Source: the human T2T-CHM13v2.0 reference genome, Homo sapiens
Length of the DNA stretch: 64,000 nt
Assembly: GCF_009914755.1 (NCBI RefSeq)
Contig: NC_060925.1
Direction: 5' to 3' (one strand)
How positions within the stretch are numbered: the first letter of the stretch is position 1; the number at the start of each line of letters is the position of its first letter. The translations under genes were made by a program, and so were the position numbers. Under the pieces are notes generated by a model that was not told the DNA's origin, did no database searches, and saw nothing but the letters and a program-made list of their open reading frames with translations. Shown here in pieces: positions 28,201 through 43,000 of the stretch.

Positions 28201-31200
28201 GAACGGAATCGAATGGAATCATCATCGGATGGAAATGAATGGAATCATCATCGAATGGAATCGAATAGAATTATGGAATGAAATCCAGTGTGATCATCAT
28301 CGAATGGACCCGAATGGAGTCATCATCCAATGGAAGATAATGGAATCAACATCGAATGAATCGAATGGAAACACCATCGAATTGAAACGAATGGAATTAT
28401 CATGCAATTGAAATGGATGGACTCATCATCGAATGGATTCGAATGGAATCATCGAATAAAATTGATTGAAATCATCATCAAATGGAATCGAATGGTATCA
28501 TTGAATGGAATCGAATGGAATCATCATCAGATGGAAAAGAATGGAATCGTCATAGAATGGAAGCGAATGGATTCATTGAATGGAATCAGATGGAATCATC
28601 GAATGGACTGGAATGGAATCATTGAATGGACTCGAAAGGGATCATGATTGAATGGAATTGAATGGAATCATCGAATGGTCTCGATTGGAATCATTATCAA
28701 ATGGAATCGAATGGAATCACCGAATAGAATCGAATGGAACAATCATCGAATGGACTCAAATGGAATTATCCTCAAATGGAATGGAATGGAATTATCGAAT
28801 GCAATCGAATAGAATCATCGAATGGACTCGAATGGAATCATCGAATGGAATGGAATGGAACAGTCAATGAACTCGAATGGAATCATCATTGAATGGAATC
28901 GAATGGAATCATCGAGTGGAATCCAATGGAATTATGATCAAATGGAATCGAATGTAATCATCATCAAATGGAATCAAAAATAACCATTATCAATTGGTAT
29001 TGAATGGAATTGTCATCAAATGGAATTCAAAGGAATCATCATCAAATGGAACCGAATGGAATCCTCATTGAATGGAAATGAAAGGGGTCATCATCTAATG
29101 GAATCGCATGGAATCATCATCAAATGGAATCGAAAGGAATCATCATCAAATGGAATCTAATGGAATCATTGAACAGAATTGAATGGAATCGTCATCGAAT
29201 GAATTGAATGCACTCATCGAATGGTCTCGAATGGAATCATCTTCTAATGGAAAGGAATGGAATCGTCGCATAGAATCGAATGGAATTAACATTGAATGGA
29301 CTCGAATGGAATCAACATCAAACGGAATCAAGCGGCATTATCGAATGGAATCGAAGAGAATCATAGAATGGACTCGAATGGAATCATCTAATGGAATGGA
29401 ATGGAATAATCCACGGACCCGAATGCAATCATCATCGAATGGAATCGAATGGAATCATCGAATGGACTCGAATGGAATAATCATTGAACGGAATCGAATG
29501 GAATCCTCATCGGATGGAAACGAATGGAATCATCATCGAATGGAAATGAAAGGAGTCATCATCTAATGGAATTGCATGGAATCATCATCAAATGGAATCG
29601 AATGGAATCAACATCAAATGGAATCAAATGGAATCATTGAACGGAATTGAATGCAATCGTCATCGAATGAATTGAATGCAATCATCGAATGGTCTCGAAT
29701 GGAATCATCTTCAAATGGAATGGAAAGGAATCATCGCAAAGAATCGAATGGAATTATCATCGAATGGAATCGAATCGTATCAACATCAAACGGAAAAAAA
29801 CGGAATTATCGAATGGAATCGAAGAGAATCTTCGAACGGACCCGAATGGAATCATCTAATGGAATGGAATGGAACAATCCATGGACTGGAAGGCAATCAT
29901 CATTGAACGGAATCGAATGGAATCATCATCGGATGGACACGACTGGAATCATCATCGAATGGAAATGAAAGGAGTCACCATCTAATGGAATTGCATGGAA
30001 TCATCATAAAATGGAATCGAATGGAATCAACATCAGATGGAATCAAATGGAATCATTGAACGGAATTGAATGGAATCGTCATCGAATGAATTGAATGCAA
30101 TCATCGAATGGTCTCGAATGGAATCATCTTCAAATGGAATGGAATGGAATCATCGCATAAAATCGAATGGAATTATCATCGAATGGGATCGAATGGAATC
30201 AACATCAAACGGAAAAAAACGGAATTATCGAATGGAATCGAATAGAATCATCGAATGGACCCGAATGGAATCATCTAATGGAATGGAATGGAATAATCCA
30301 TGGACTCCAATGCAATCATCATCGAATGGAATCGAATGGAATCATCCAATGGACTCGAATGGAATAATCATTGAACGGAATCGAATGGAATCATCATCGG
30401 ATGGAAATGAATGGAATCATCATCGAATGGAATCGAATAGAATTATGGAATGAAATCCAGTGTGATCATCATCGAATGGACCCGAATGGAATCATCATCC
30501 ACCGGAAGCTAATGGAATCAACATCGAATGAATCAAATGGAAACACCATCGAATTGAAACGAATGGAATTACCATGAAATTGAAATGGATGGACTCATCA
30601 TCGAATGGATTCGAATGGAATCATCGAATAAAATTGATTGAAATCATCATCGAATGGAATCGAATGTTATCATTGAATGGAATCGAATGGAATCATCATC
30701 AGATGGAAATGAATGGAATCGTCATAGAATGGAATCGAATGGATTCATTGAATGGAATCAGATGGAATCATCGAATGGACTGGAAAGGAATCACTGAATG
30801 GACTCGAAAGAGATCATGATTGAATGGAATTGAATGGAATCATCGAATGGTCTCGATTGGAATCATTATCAAATGGAATCGAATGGAATCACCGAATAGA
30901 ATCGAATGGAACAATCATCGAATGGACTCAAATGGAATTATCCTCAAATGGAATGGAATGGAATTATCGAATGCAATCGAATGGAATTATCGAATGCAAT
31001 CGAATAGAATCATCGAATGGACTCGAATGGAATCATCGAATGGAATGGAATGGAACAGTCAATGAAGTCGAATGGAATCATCATTGAATGGAATCGAATG
31101 GAATCATCGAGTGGAATCGAATGGAATTATGATCAAATGGAATCGAATGTAATCATCATCAAATGGAATCAAAAATAACCATCATCAATTGGTATTGAAT

Positions 31201-34200
31201 GGAATTGTCATCAAATGGAATTCAAAGGAAACATCATCAAATGGAACCGAATGGAATCCTCATTCAATGGAAATGAAAGGGGTCATCATCTAATGGAATC
31301 GCATGGAATCATCATCAAATGGAATCGAATGGAATCATCATCAAATGGAATCTGATGGAATCATTGAACAGAATTGAATGGAATCGTCATCGAATGAATT
31401 GAATGCAATCATCGAATGGTCTCGAATGGAATCATCTTCTAATGGAAAGGAATGGAATCATCGCATAGAATCGAATGGAATTATCATCGAATGGAATCGA
31501 ATGGTATCAACATCAAACGGAAAAAAACGGAATTATCGAATGGAATCGAAGAGAATCTTCGTATGGACCCGAATGGAATCATCTAATGGAATGGAATGGA
31601 ATAATCCACGGACCCGAATGCAATCATCATCGAATGGAATCGAATGGAATCATCGAATGGACTCGAATGGAATAATCATTGAACGGAATCGAATGGAATC
31701 ATCATCGGATGGAAACGAATGGAATCATCATCGAATGGAAATGAGAGGAGTCATCATCTAATGGAATTGCATGGAATCATCATCAAATGGAATGGAATGG
31801 AATCAACATCAAATGGAATCAAATGGAATCATTGAACGGAATTGAATGGAATCGTCATCGAATGAATTGAATGCAATCATCGAATGGTCTCGAATGGAAT
31901 CATCTTCAAATGGAATGGAATGGAATCATCACATAGAATCGAATGGAATTATCATCGAATGGAATCGAATGGAATCAACATCAAAAGGAAAAAAACGGAA
32001 TTATCGAATGGAATCGAAGAGAATCATTGAACGGACCCGAATGGAATCATCTAATGGAATGGAATGGAATAATCCACGGACTCGAATGCAATCATCGTCG
32101 AATGGAATCGAATGGAATCATCGAATGGACTCGAATTGAATAATCATTGAACGGAATCGAATGGAATCATCATCGGATGGAAATGAATGGAATCATCATC
32201 GAATGGAATCGGATAGAATTATGGAATGAAATCCAGTGTCATCATCATGGAATGGACCCGAATGGAATCATCATCCAACGGAAGCTAATGGAATCAACAT
32301 CGAATGAATCGAATGGAAACACCATCGAATTGAAACGAATGGAATTATCATGAAATTGAAATGGATGGACTCATCATCGAATGCATTCGAATGGAATCAT
32401 CGAATAAAATTGATTGAAATCATCATCCAATGGAATCGAATGGTATCATTGAATGGAATCGAATGGAATCATCATCAGATGGAAATGAATGGAATCGTCA
32501 TAGAATGGAATCGAATGGATTCATTGAATGGAATCAGATGGAATCATCGAATGGACTGGAATGGAATCATTGAATGGACTCGAAAGGGATCATAATTGAA
32601 TGGAATTGAATGGAATCATCGAATGGTCTCGATTGGAATCATTACCAAATGGAAACGAATGGAATCACCGAATAGAATCGAATGGAACACTCATCGAATG
32701 GACTCAAATGGAATCATCCTCAAATGGAATGGAATGGAATTATCGAATGCAATCGAATGGAATCATCGAATGGACTCGAATGGAATCATCGAATGGAATG
32801 GAATGGAACAGTCAATGAACTCGAATGGAATCATCATTGAATGGAATCGAATGGAATCATCGAGTGGAATCGAATGGAATTATGATCAAATGGAATCTAA
32901 TGTAATAATCATCAAATGGAATCAAAAATAACCATCATCAATTGGTATTGAATGGAATTGTCATCAAATGGAATTCAAAGGAATCATCATCAAATGGAAC
33001 CGAATGGAATCCTCATTGAATGGAAATGAAAGGGGTCATCATCTAATGGAATCGCATGGAATCATCATCAAATGGAATCGAATGGAATCATCATCAAATG
33101 GAATCTGATGGAATCATTGAACAGAATTGAATGGAATCGTCATCGAATGAATTGAATGCAATCATCGAATGGTCTCGAATGGAATCATCTTCTAATGGAA
33201 AGGAATGGAATCATCGCATAGAATCGAATGGAATTAACATTGAATGGACTCGAATGGAATCAACATCAAACGGAATCAAGCGGAATTATCGAATGGAATC
33301 GAAGAGAATCATCGAATGGACTCGAATGGAATAATCTAATGGAATTGAATGGAATAATCCACGGACTCGAATGCAATCATCATCGTATAGAATCGAATGG
33401 AATCATCGAATGGACTCGAATGGAATAATCATTGAACGGAATCGAATGGAATCATCATCGGATGGAAACGAATGGAATCATCATCGAATGGAAATGAAAG
33501 GAGTCATCATCTAATGGAATTGAATGGAATCATCATCAAATGGAATCGAATGGAATCAACAGCAAATGGAATCAAATGGAATCATTGAACGGAATTGAAT
33601 GGAATCGTCATCCAATGAATGAATGCAATCATCGAATGGTCTCGAATGCAATCATCTTCAAATGGAATGGAATGGAATCATCGCATAGAATCGAATGGAA
33701 TTATCATCGAATGGAATCGAATGGTATCAACATCAAACGGAAAAAAACGGAATTATCGAATGGAATCGAATAGAATCATCGAATGGACCCGAATGGAATC
33801 ATCGAATGGAATGGAATGGAATAATCCATGGACTCGAATGCAATCATCGTCGAATGGAATCGAATGGAATCATCGAATGGACTCGAATGGAATAATCATT
33901 GAACAGAATCGAATGGAATCATCATCGGATGGAAACGAATGGAATCATCATCGAATGGAAATGAAAGGAGTCATCATCTAATGGAATTGCATGGAATCAT
34001 CATCAAATGGAATCGAATGGAATCAACATCAAATGGAATCAAATGGAATCATTGAACGGAATTGAATGGAATCGTCATCGAATGAATTGAATGCAATCAT
34101 CGAATGGTCTCGAGTGGAATCATCTTCAAATGGAATGGAATGGAATCATCGCATAGAATCGAATGGAATTATCATCGAATGGAATCGAATGGTATCAACA

Positions 34201-37200
34201 TCAAACGGAAAAAAACGGAATTATCGAATGGAATCGAAGAGAATCTTCGAACGGACCCGAATGGAATCATCTAATGGAATGGAATGGAATAATCCATGGA
34301 CTGGAAGGCAATCATCATTGAACGGAATCGAAAGGAATCATCATCGGATGGAAACGAATGGAATCATCATCGAATGGAAATGAAAGGAGTCATCATCTAA
34401 TGGAATTGCATGGAATCATCATAAAATGGAATCGAATGGAATCAACATCAAATGGAATCAAATGGAATCATTGAACGGAATTGAATGGAATCGTCATCGA
34501 ATGAATTGAATGCAATCATCGAATGGTCTCGAATGGAATCATCTTCAAATGGAATGGAATGGAATCATCGCATAGAATCGAATGGAATTATCATCGAATG
34601 GAATCGAATGGAATCAACATCAAACGGAAAAAAACGGAATTATCGAATGGAATCGAATAGAATCATCGAATGGACCCGAATGGAATCATCTAATGGAATG
34701 GAATGGAATAATCCGTGGACTCGAATGCAATCATCATCGAATGTAATCGAATGGAATCATCCAATGGACTTGAATGGAATAATCATTGAACGGAATCGAA
34801 TGGAATCATCATCGGATGGAAATGAATGGAATCATCATCGAATGGAATCGAATAGAATTATGGAATGAAATCCAGTGTGATCATCATCGAATGGACCCGA
34901 ATGGAATCATCATCCAACGGATGCTAATGGAATCAACATCGAATGAATCAAATGGAAACACCATCGAATTGAAACGAATGGAATTACCATGAAATTGAAA
35001 TGGATGGACTCATCATCGAATGGATTCGAATGGAATCATCGAATAAAATTGATTGAAATCATCATCGAATGGAATCGAATGGATTCATTGAATGGAATCA
35101 GATGGAATCATCGAATGGACTGGAATGGAATCATTGAATGGACTCGAAAGGGATCATGATTGAATGGAATTGAATGGAATCATCGAATGGTCTCGATTGG
35201 AATCATTATCAAATGGAATCGAATGGAATCACCGAATAGAATCGAATGGAACAATCATCGAATGGACTCAAATGGAATTATCCTCAAATGGAATCGAATG
35301 GAATTATCAAATGCAATCGAATGGAATTATCGAATGCAATCGAATAGAATCATCGAATGGACTCGAATGGAATCATCGAATGGAATGGAATGGAACAGTC
35401 AATGAACTCGAATGGAATCATCATTGAATGGAATCGAATGGAATCATCGAGTGGAATCGAATGGAATTATGATCAAATGGAATCGAATGTAATCATCATC
35501 AAATGGAATCAAAAATAACCATCATCAATTGGTATTGAATGGAATTGTCATCAAATGGAATTCAAAGGAAACATCATCAAATGGAACCGAATGGAATCCT
35601 CATTGAATGGAAATGAAAGGGGTCATCATCTAATGGAATCGCATGGAATCATCATCAAATGGAATAGAATGGAATCATCATAAAATGGAATCAAATGGAA
35701 TCATTGAAAAGAATTGAATGGAATCGTCATCGAATGAATTGAATGCAATCATCGAATGGTCTCGAATGGAATCATCTTCTAATGGAAAGGAATGGAATCA
35801 TCGCATAGAATCGAATGTAATTATCATCGAATGGAATCGAATGGTATCAACACCAAACGGAAAAAAACGGAATTTTCGAATGGAATCGAAGAGTATCTTC
35901 GAACGGACCCGAATGGAATCATCTAATGGAATGGAATGGAATAATCCATGGACTCGAATGCAATCATCATCGATTGGAATCGAATGGAATCATCGAATGG
36001 ACTCGAATGGAATAATCATTGAACGGAATCGAATGGAATCATCATCGGATGGAAACGAATGGAATCATCATCGAATGGAAATGAAAGGAGTCATCATCTA
36101 ATGGAATTGCATGGAATCATCATAAAATGGAATCGAATGGAATCAACATCAAATGGAATCAAATGGAATTATTGAACGGAATTGAATGGAATCGTCATCG
36201 AATGAATTGAATGCAATCATCGAATGGTCTCGAATGGAATCATCTTCAAATGGAATGGAATGGAATCATCGCATAGAATCGAATGGAATTATCATCGAAT
36301 GGAATCGAATGGAATCAACATCAAACGGAAAAAAACGGAATTATCGTATGGAATCGAAGAGAATCATCGAATGGACCCGAATGGAATCATCTAATGGAAT
36401 GGAATGGAATAATCCATGGACTCGATTGCAATCATCATCGAATGGAATCGAATGGAATCATCGAATGGACTCGAATGGAATAATCATTGAACGGAATCGA
36501 ATGGAATCATCATCGGATGGAAATGAATGGAATCATCATCGAATGGAATCGGATAGAATTATGGAATGAAATCCAGTGTCATCATCATGGAATGGACCCG
36601 AATGGAATCATCATCCAACGGAAGCTAATGGAATCAACATCGAATGAATCGAATGGAAACACCATCGAATTGAAACGAATGGAATTATCATGAAATTGAA
36701 ATGGATGGACTCATCATCGAATGCATTCGAATGGAATCATCGAATAAAATTGATTGAAATCATCATCCAATGGAATCGAATGGTATCATTGAATGGAATC
36801 GAATGGAATCATCATCAGATGGAAATGAATGGAATCGTCATAGAATGGAATCGAATGGATTCATTGAATGGAATCAGATGGAATCATCGAATGGACTGGA
36901 ATGGAATCATTGAATGGACTCGAAAGGGATCATGATTGAATGGAATTGAATGGAATCATCGAAAGGTCTCGATTGGAATCATAATCAAATGGAATCGAAT
37001 GGAATCACCGAAAAGAATCGAATGGAACAATCATCGAATGGACTCAAATGGAATTATCCTCAAATGGAATGGAATGGAATTATCGAATGCAATCGAATGG
37101 AATTATCGAATGCATTCGAATAGAATCATCGAATGGACTCGAATGGAATCATCGAATGGAATGGAATGGAACAGTCAATGAAGTCGAATGGAATCATCAT

Positions 37201-40200
37201 TGAATGGAATCGAATGGAATCATCGAGTGGAATCGAATGGAATTATGATCAAATGGAATCGAATGTAATCATCATCCAATGGAATCAAAAATAACCATCA
37301 TCAATTGGTATTGAATGGAATTGTCATCAAATGGAATTCAAAGGAATCATCATCAAATGGAACCGAATGGAATCCTCATTCAATGGAAATGAAAGGGGTC
37401 ATCATCTAATGGAATCGCATGGAATCATCATCAAATGGAATCGAATGGAATCATCATCAAATGGAATCTGATGGAATCATTGAACAGAATTGAATGGAAT
37501 CGTCATCGAATGAATTGAATGCAATCATCGAATGGTCTCGAATGGAATCATCTTCTAATGGAAAGGAATGGAATCATCGCATAGAATCGAATGGAATTAT
37601 CATCGAATGGAATCGAATGGTATCAACATCAAACGGAAAAAAACGGAATTATCGAATGGAATCGAAGAGAATCTTCGTATGGACCCGAATGGAATCATCT
37701 AATGGAATGGAATGGAATAATCCACGGACCCGAATGCAATCATCATCGAATGGAATCGAATGGAATCATCGAATGGACTCGAATGGAATAATCATTGAAC
37801 GGAATCGAATGGAATCATCATCGGATGGAAACGAATGGAATCATCATCGAATGGAAATGAGAGGAGTCATCATCTAATGGAATTGCATGGAATCATCATC
37901 AAATGGAATGGAATGGAATCAACATCAAATGGAATCAAATGGAATCATTGAACGGAATTGAATGGAATCGTCATCGAATGAATTGAATGCAATCATCGAA
38001 TGGTCTCGAATGGAATCATCTTCAAATGGAATGGAATGGAATCATCACATAGAATCGAATGGAATTATCATCGAATGGAATCGAATGGAATCAACATCAA
38101 AAGGAAAAAAACGGAATTATCGAATGGAATCGAAGAGAATCATTGAACGGACCCGAATGGAATCATCTAATGGAATGGAATGGAATAATCCACGGACTCG
38201 AATGCAATCATCGTCGAATGGAATCGAATGGAATCATCGAATGGACTCGAATTGAATAATCATTGAACGGAATCGAATGGAATCATCATCGGATGGAAAC
38301 GAATGGAATCATCATCGAATGGAAATGAAAGGAGTCATCATCTAATGGAATTGCATGGAATCATCATAAAATGGAATCGAATGGAATCAACATCAAATGG
38401 AATCACACGGAATCATTGAACGGAATTGAATGGAATCGTCATCGAATGAATTGAATGCAATCATCGAATGGTCTCGAATGGAATCATCTTCAAATGGAAT
38501 GGAATGTAATCATCGCATAGAATGAAATGGAATTATCATCGAATGGAATCGAATGGTATCAACATCAAACGGAAAAAAACGGAATTATCGAATGGAATCG
38601 AAGAGAATCTTCGAACGGACCCGAATGGAATCATCTAATGGAATGGAATGGAATAATCCATGGACTCGAATGCAATCATCATCGAATGGAATCGAATGGA
38701 ATCATCGAATGAACTCGAATGGAATAATCATTGAACGGAATCGAATGGAATCATCATCGGATGGAAATGAATGGAATCATCATCGAATGGAATCGAATAG
38801 AATTATGGAATGAAATCCAGTGTGATCATCATCGAATGGACCCGAATGGAGTCATCATCCAATGGAAGATAATGGAATCAACATCGAATGAATCGAATGG
38901 AAACACCATCGAATTGAAACGAATGGAATTATCATGCAATTGAAATGGATGGACTCATCATCGAATGGATTCGAATGGAATCATCGAATAAAATTGATTG
39001 AAATCATCATCAAATGGAATCGAATGGTATCATTGAATGGAATCGAATGGAATCATCATCAGATGGAAAAGAATGGAATCGTCATAGAATGGAAGCGAAT
39101 GGATTCATTGAATGGAATCAGATGGAATCATCGAATGGACTGGAATGGAATCATTGAATGGACTCGAAAGGGATCATGATTGAATGGAATTGAATGGAAT
39201 CATCGAATGGTCTCGATTGGAATCATTATCAAATGGAATCGAATGGAATCACCGAATAGAATCGAATGGAACAATCATCGAATGGACTCAAATGGAATTA
39301 TCCTCAAATGGAATGGAATGGAATTATCGAATGCAATCGAATAGAATCATCGAATGGACTCGAATGGAATCATCGAATGGAATGGAATGGAACAGTCAAT
39401 GAACTCGAATGGAATCATCATTGAATGGAATCGAATGGAATCATCGAGTGGAATCCAATGGAATTATGATCAAATGGAATCGAATGTAATCATCATCAAA
39501 TGGAATCAAAAATAACCATTATCAATTGGTATTGAATGGAATTGTCATCAAATGGAATTCAAAGGAATCATCATCAAATGGAACCGAATGGAATCCTCAT
39601 TGAATGGAAATGAAAGGGGTCATCATCTAATGGAATCGCATGGAATCATCATCAAATGGAATCGAAAGGAATCATCATCAAATGGAATCTAATGGAATCA
39701 TTGAACAGAATTGAATGGAATCGTCATCGAATGAATTGAATGCACTCATCGAATGGTCTCGAATGGAATCATCTTCTAATGGAAAGGAATGGAATCGTCG
39801 CATAGAATCGAATGGAATTAACATTGAATGGACTCGAATGGAATCAACATCAAACGGAATCAAGCGGCATTATCGAATGGAATCGAAGAGAATCATAGAA
39901 TGGACTCGAATGGAATCATCTAATGGAATGGAATGGAATAATCCACGGACCCGAATGCAATCATCATCGAATGGAATCGAATGGAATCATCGAATGGACT
40001 CGAATGGAATAATCATTGAACGGAATCGAATGGAATCCTCATCGGATGGAAACGAATGGAATCATCATCGAATGGAAATGAAAGGAGTCATCATCTAATG
40101 GAATTGCATGGAATCATCATCAAATGGAATCGAATGGAATCAACATCAAATGGAATCAAATGGAATCATTGAACGGAATTGAATGCAATCGTCATCGAAT

Positions 40201-43000
40201 GAATTGAATGCAATCATCGAATGGTCTCGAATGGAATCATCTTCAAATGGAATGGAAAGGAATCATCGCAAAGAATCGAATGGAATTATCATCGAATGGA
40301 ATCGAATCGTATCAACATCAAACGGAAAAAAACGGAATTATCGAATGGAATCGAAGAGAATCTTCGAACGGACCCGAATGGAATCATCTAATGGAATGGA
40401 ATGGAACAATCCATGGACTGGAAGGCAATCATCATTGAACGGAATCGAATGGAATCATCATCGGATGGACACGACTGGAATCATCATCGAATGGAAATGA
40501 AAGGAGTCACCATCTAATGGAATTGCATGGAATCATCATAAAATGGAATCGAATGGAATCAACATCAGATGGAATCAAATGGAATCATTGAACGGAATTG
40601 AATGGAATCGTCATCGAATGAATTGAATGCAATCATCGAATGGTCTCGAATGGAATCATCTTCAAATGGAATGGAATGGAATCATCGCATAAAATCGAAT
40701 GGAATTATCATCGAATGGGATCGAATGGAATCAACATCAAACGGAAAAAAACGGAATTATCGAATGGAATCGAATAGAATCATCGAATGGACCCGAATGG
40801 AATCATCTAATGGAATGGAATGGAATAATCCATGGACTCCAATGCAATCATCATCGAATGGAATCGAATGGAATCATCCAATGGACTCGAATGGAATAAT
40901 CATTGAACGGAATCGAATGGAATCATCATCGGATGGAAATGAATGGAATCATCATCGAATGGAATCGAATAGAATTATGGAATGAAATCCAGTGTGATCA
41001 TCATCGAATGGACCCGAATGGAATCATCATCCAACGGAAGCTAATGGAATCAACATCGAATGAATCAAATGGAAACACCATCGAATTGAAACGAATGGAA
41101 TTACCATGAAATTGAAATGGATGGACTCATCATCGAATGGATTCGAATGGAATCATCGAATAAAATTGATTGAAATCATCATCGAATGGAATCGAATGTT
41201 ATCATTGAATGGAATCGAATGGAATCATCATCAGATGGAAATGAATGGAATCGTCATAGAATGGAATCGAATGGATTCATTGAATGGAATCAGATGGAAT
41301 CATCGAATGGACTGGAAAGGAATCACTGAATGGACTCGAAAGAGATCATGATTGAATGGAATTGAATGGAATCATCGAATGGTCTCGATTGGAATCATTA
41401 TCAAATGGAATCGAATGGAATCACCGAATAGAATCGAATGGAACAATCATCGAATGGACTCAAATGGAATTATCCTCAAATGGAATGGAATGGAATTATC
41501 GAATGCAATCGAATGGAATTATCGAATGCAATCGAATAGAATCATCGAATGGACTCGAATGGAATCATCGAATGGAATGGAATGGAACAGTCAATGAAGT
41601 CGAATGGAATCATCATTGAATGGAATCGAATGGAATCATCGAGTGGAATCGAATGGAATTATGATCAAATGGAATCGAATGTAATCATCATCAAATGGAA
41701 TCAAAAATAACCATCATCAATTGGTATTGAATGGAATTGTCATAAAATGGAATTCAAAGGAAACATCATCAAATGGAACCGAATGGAATCCTCATTGAAT
41801 GGAAATGAAAGGGGTCATAATCTAATGGAATCGCATGGAATCATCATCAAATGGAATCGAATGGAATCATCATTAAATGGAATCTAATGGAATCATTGAA
41901 GAGAATTGAATGGAATCGTCATCGAATGAATTGAATGCAATCATCGAATGGTCTCGAACGGAATCATCTTCCAATGGAATGGAATGGAATCATCACATAG
42001 AATCGAATGGAATTACCATCGAATGGAATCGAATGGTATCAACACCAAACGGAAAAAAACGGAATTATCGAATGGAATCGAAGAGAATCTTCGAACGGAA
42101 CCGAATGGAATCATCTAATGGAATGGAATGGAATAATCCATGGACTCGAATGCAATCATCATCGAATGGAATCGAATGGAATCATCGAATGGACTCGAAT
42201 GGAATAATCATTGAACGGAATCGAATGGAAACATCATCGGATGGAAACGAATGGAATAATCATCGAATGGAAATGAAAGGAGTCATCATCTAATGGAATT
42301 GCATGGAATCATCATAAAATGGAATCGAATGGAATCAACATCAAATGGAATCAAATGGAATCATTGAACGGAATTGAATGGAATCGTCATCGAATGAATT
42401 GAATGCAATCATCGAATGGTCTCGAATGGAATCATCTTCAAATGGAATGGAATGGAATCATCGCATAGAATCGAATGGAATTATCATCGAATGGAATCGA
42501 ATGGAATCAACATCAAACGGAAAAAAACGGAATTATCGTATGGAATCGAAGAGAATCATCGAATGGACCCGAATGGAATCATCTAATGGAATGGAATGGA
42601 ATAATCCATGGACTCGATTGCAATCATCATCGAATGGAATCGAATGGAATCATCGAATGGACTCGAATGGAATAATCATTGAACGGAATCGAATGGAATC
42701 ATCATCGGATGGAAATGAATGGAATCATCATCGAATGGAATCGGATAGAATTATGGAATGAAATCCAGTGTCATCATCATGGAATGGACCCGAATGGAAT
42801 CATCATCCAACGGAAGCTAATGGAATCAACATCGAATGAATCGAATGGAAACACCATCGAATTGAAACGAATGGAATTATCATGAAATTGAAATGGATGG
42901 ACTCATCATCGAATGCATTCGAATGGAATCATCGAATAAAATTGATTGAAATCATCATCCAATGGAATCGAATGGTATCATTGAATGGAATCGAATGGAA
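22300..43000. repeat. ~10.5-kb tandem duplication (copy 1 10191 bp, copy 2 10532 bp); ends approximate
   Basis: Offset 10191 for 22405/32596, 22940/33131, 23875/34066. Offset 10532 for 24628/35160, 25186/35718, 29183/39715, 30820/41352 and SNV C32384/C42916. Confidence 0.85.

Noticed and set aside
29146-29331. Minus-strand 61-aa ORF repeated at 39678, 45870 and 51846
   Set aside because: It reflects chance loss of stop codons in one module variant that was then duplicated. It serves as a duplication marker only.
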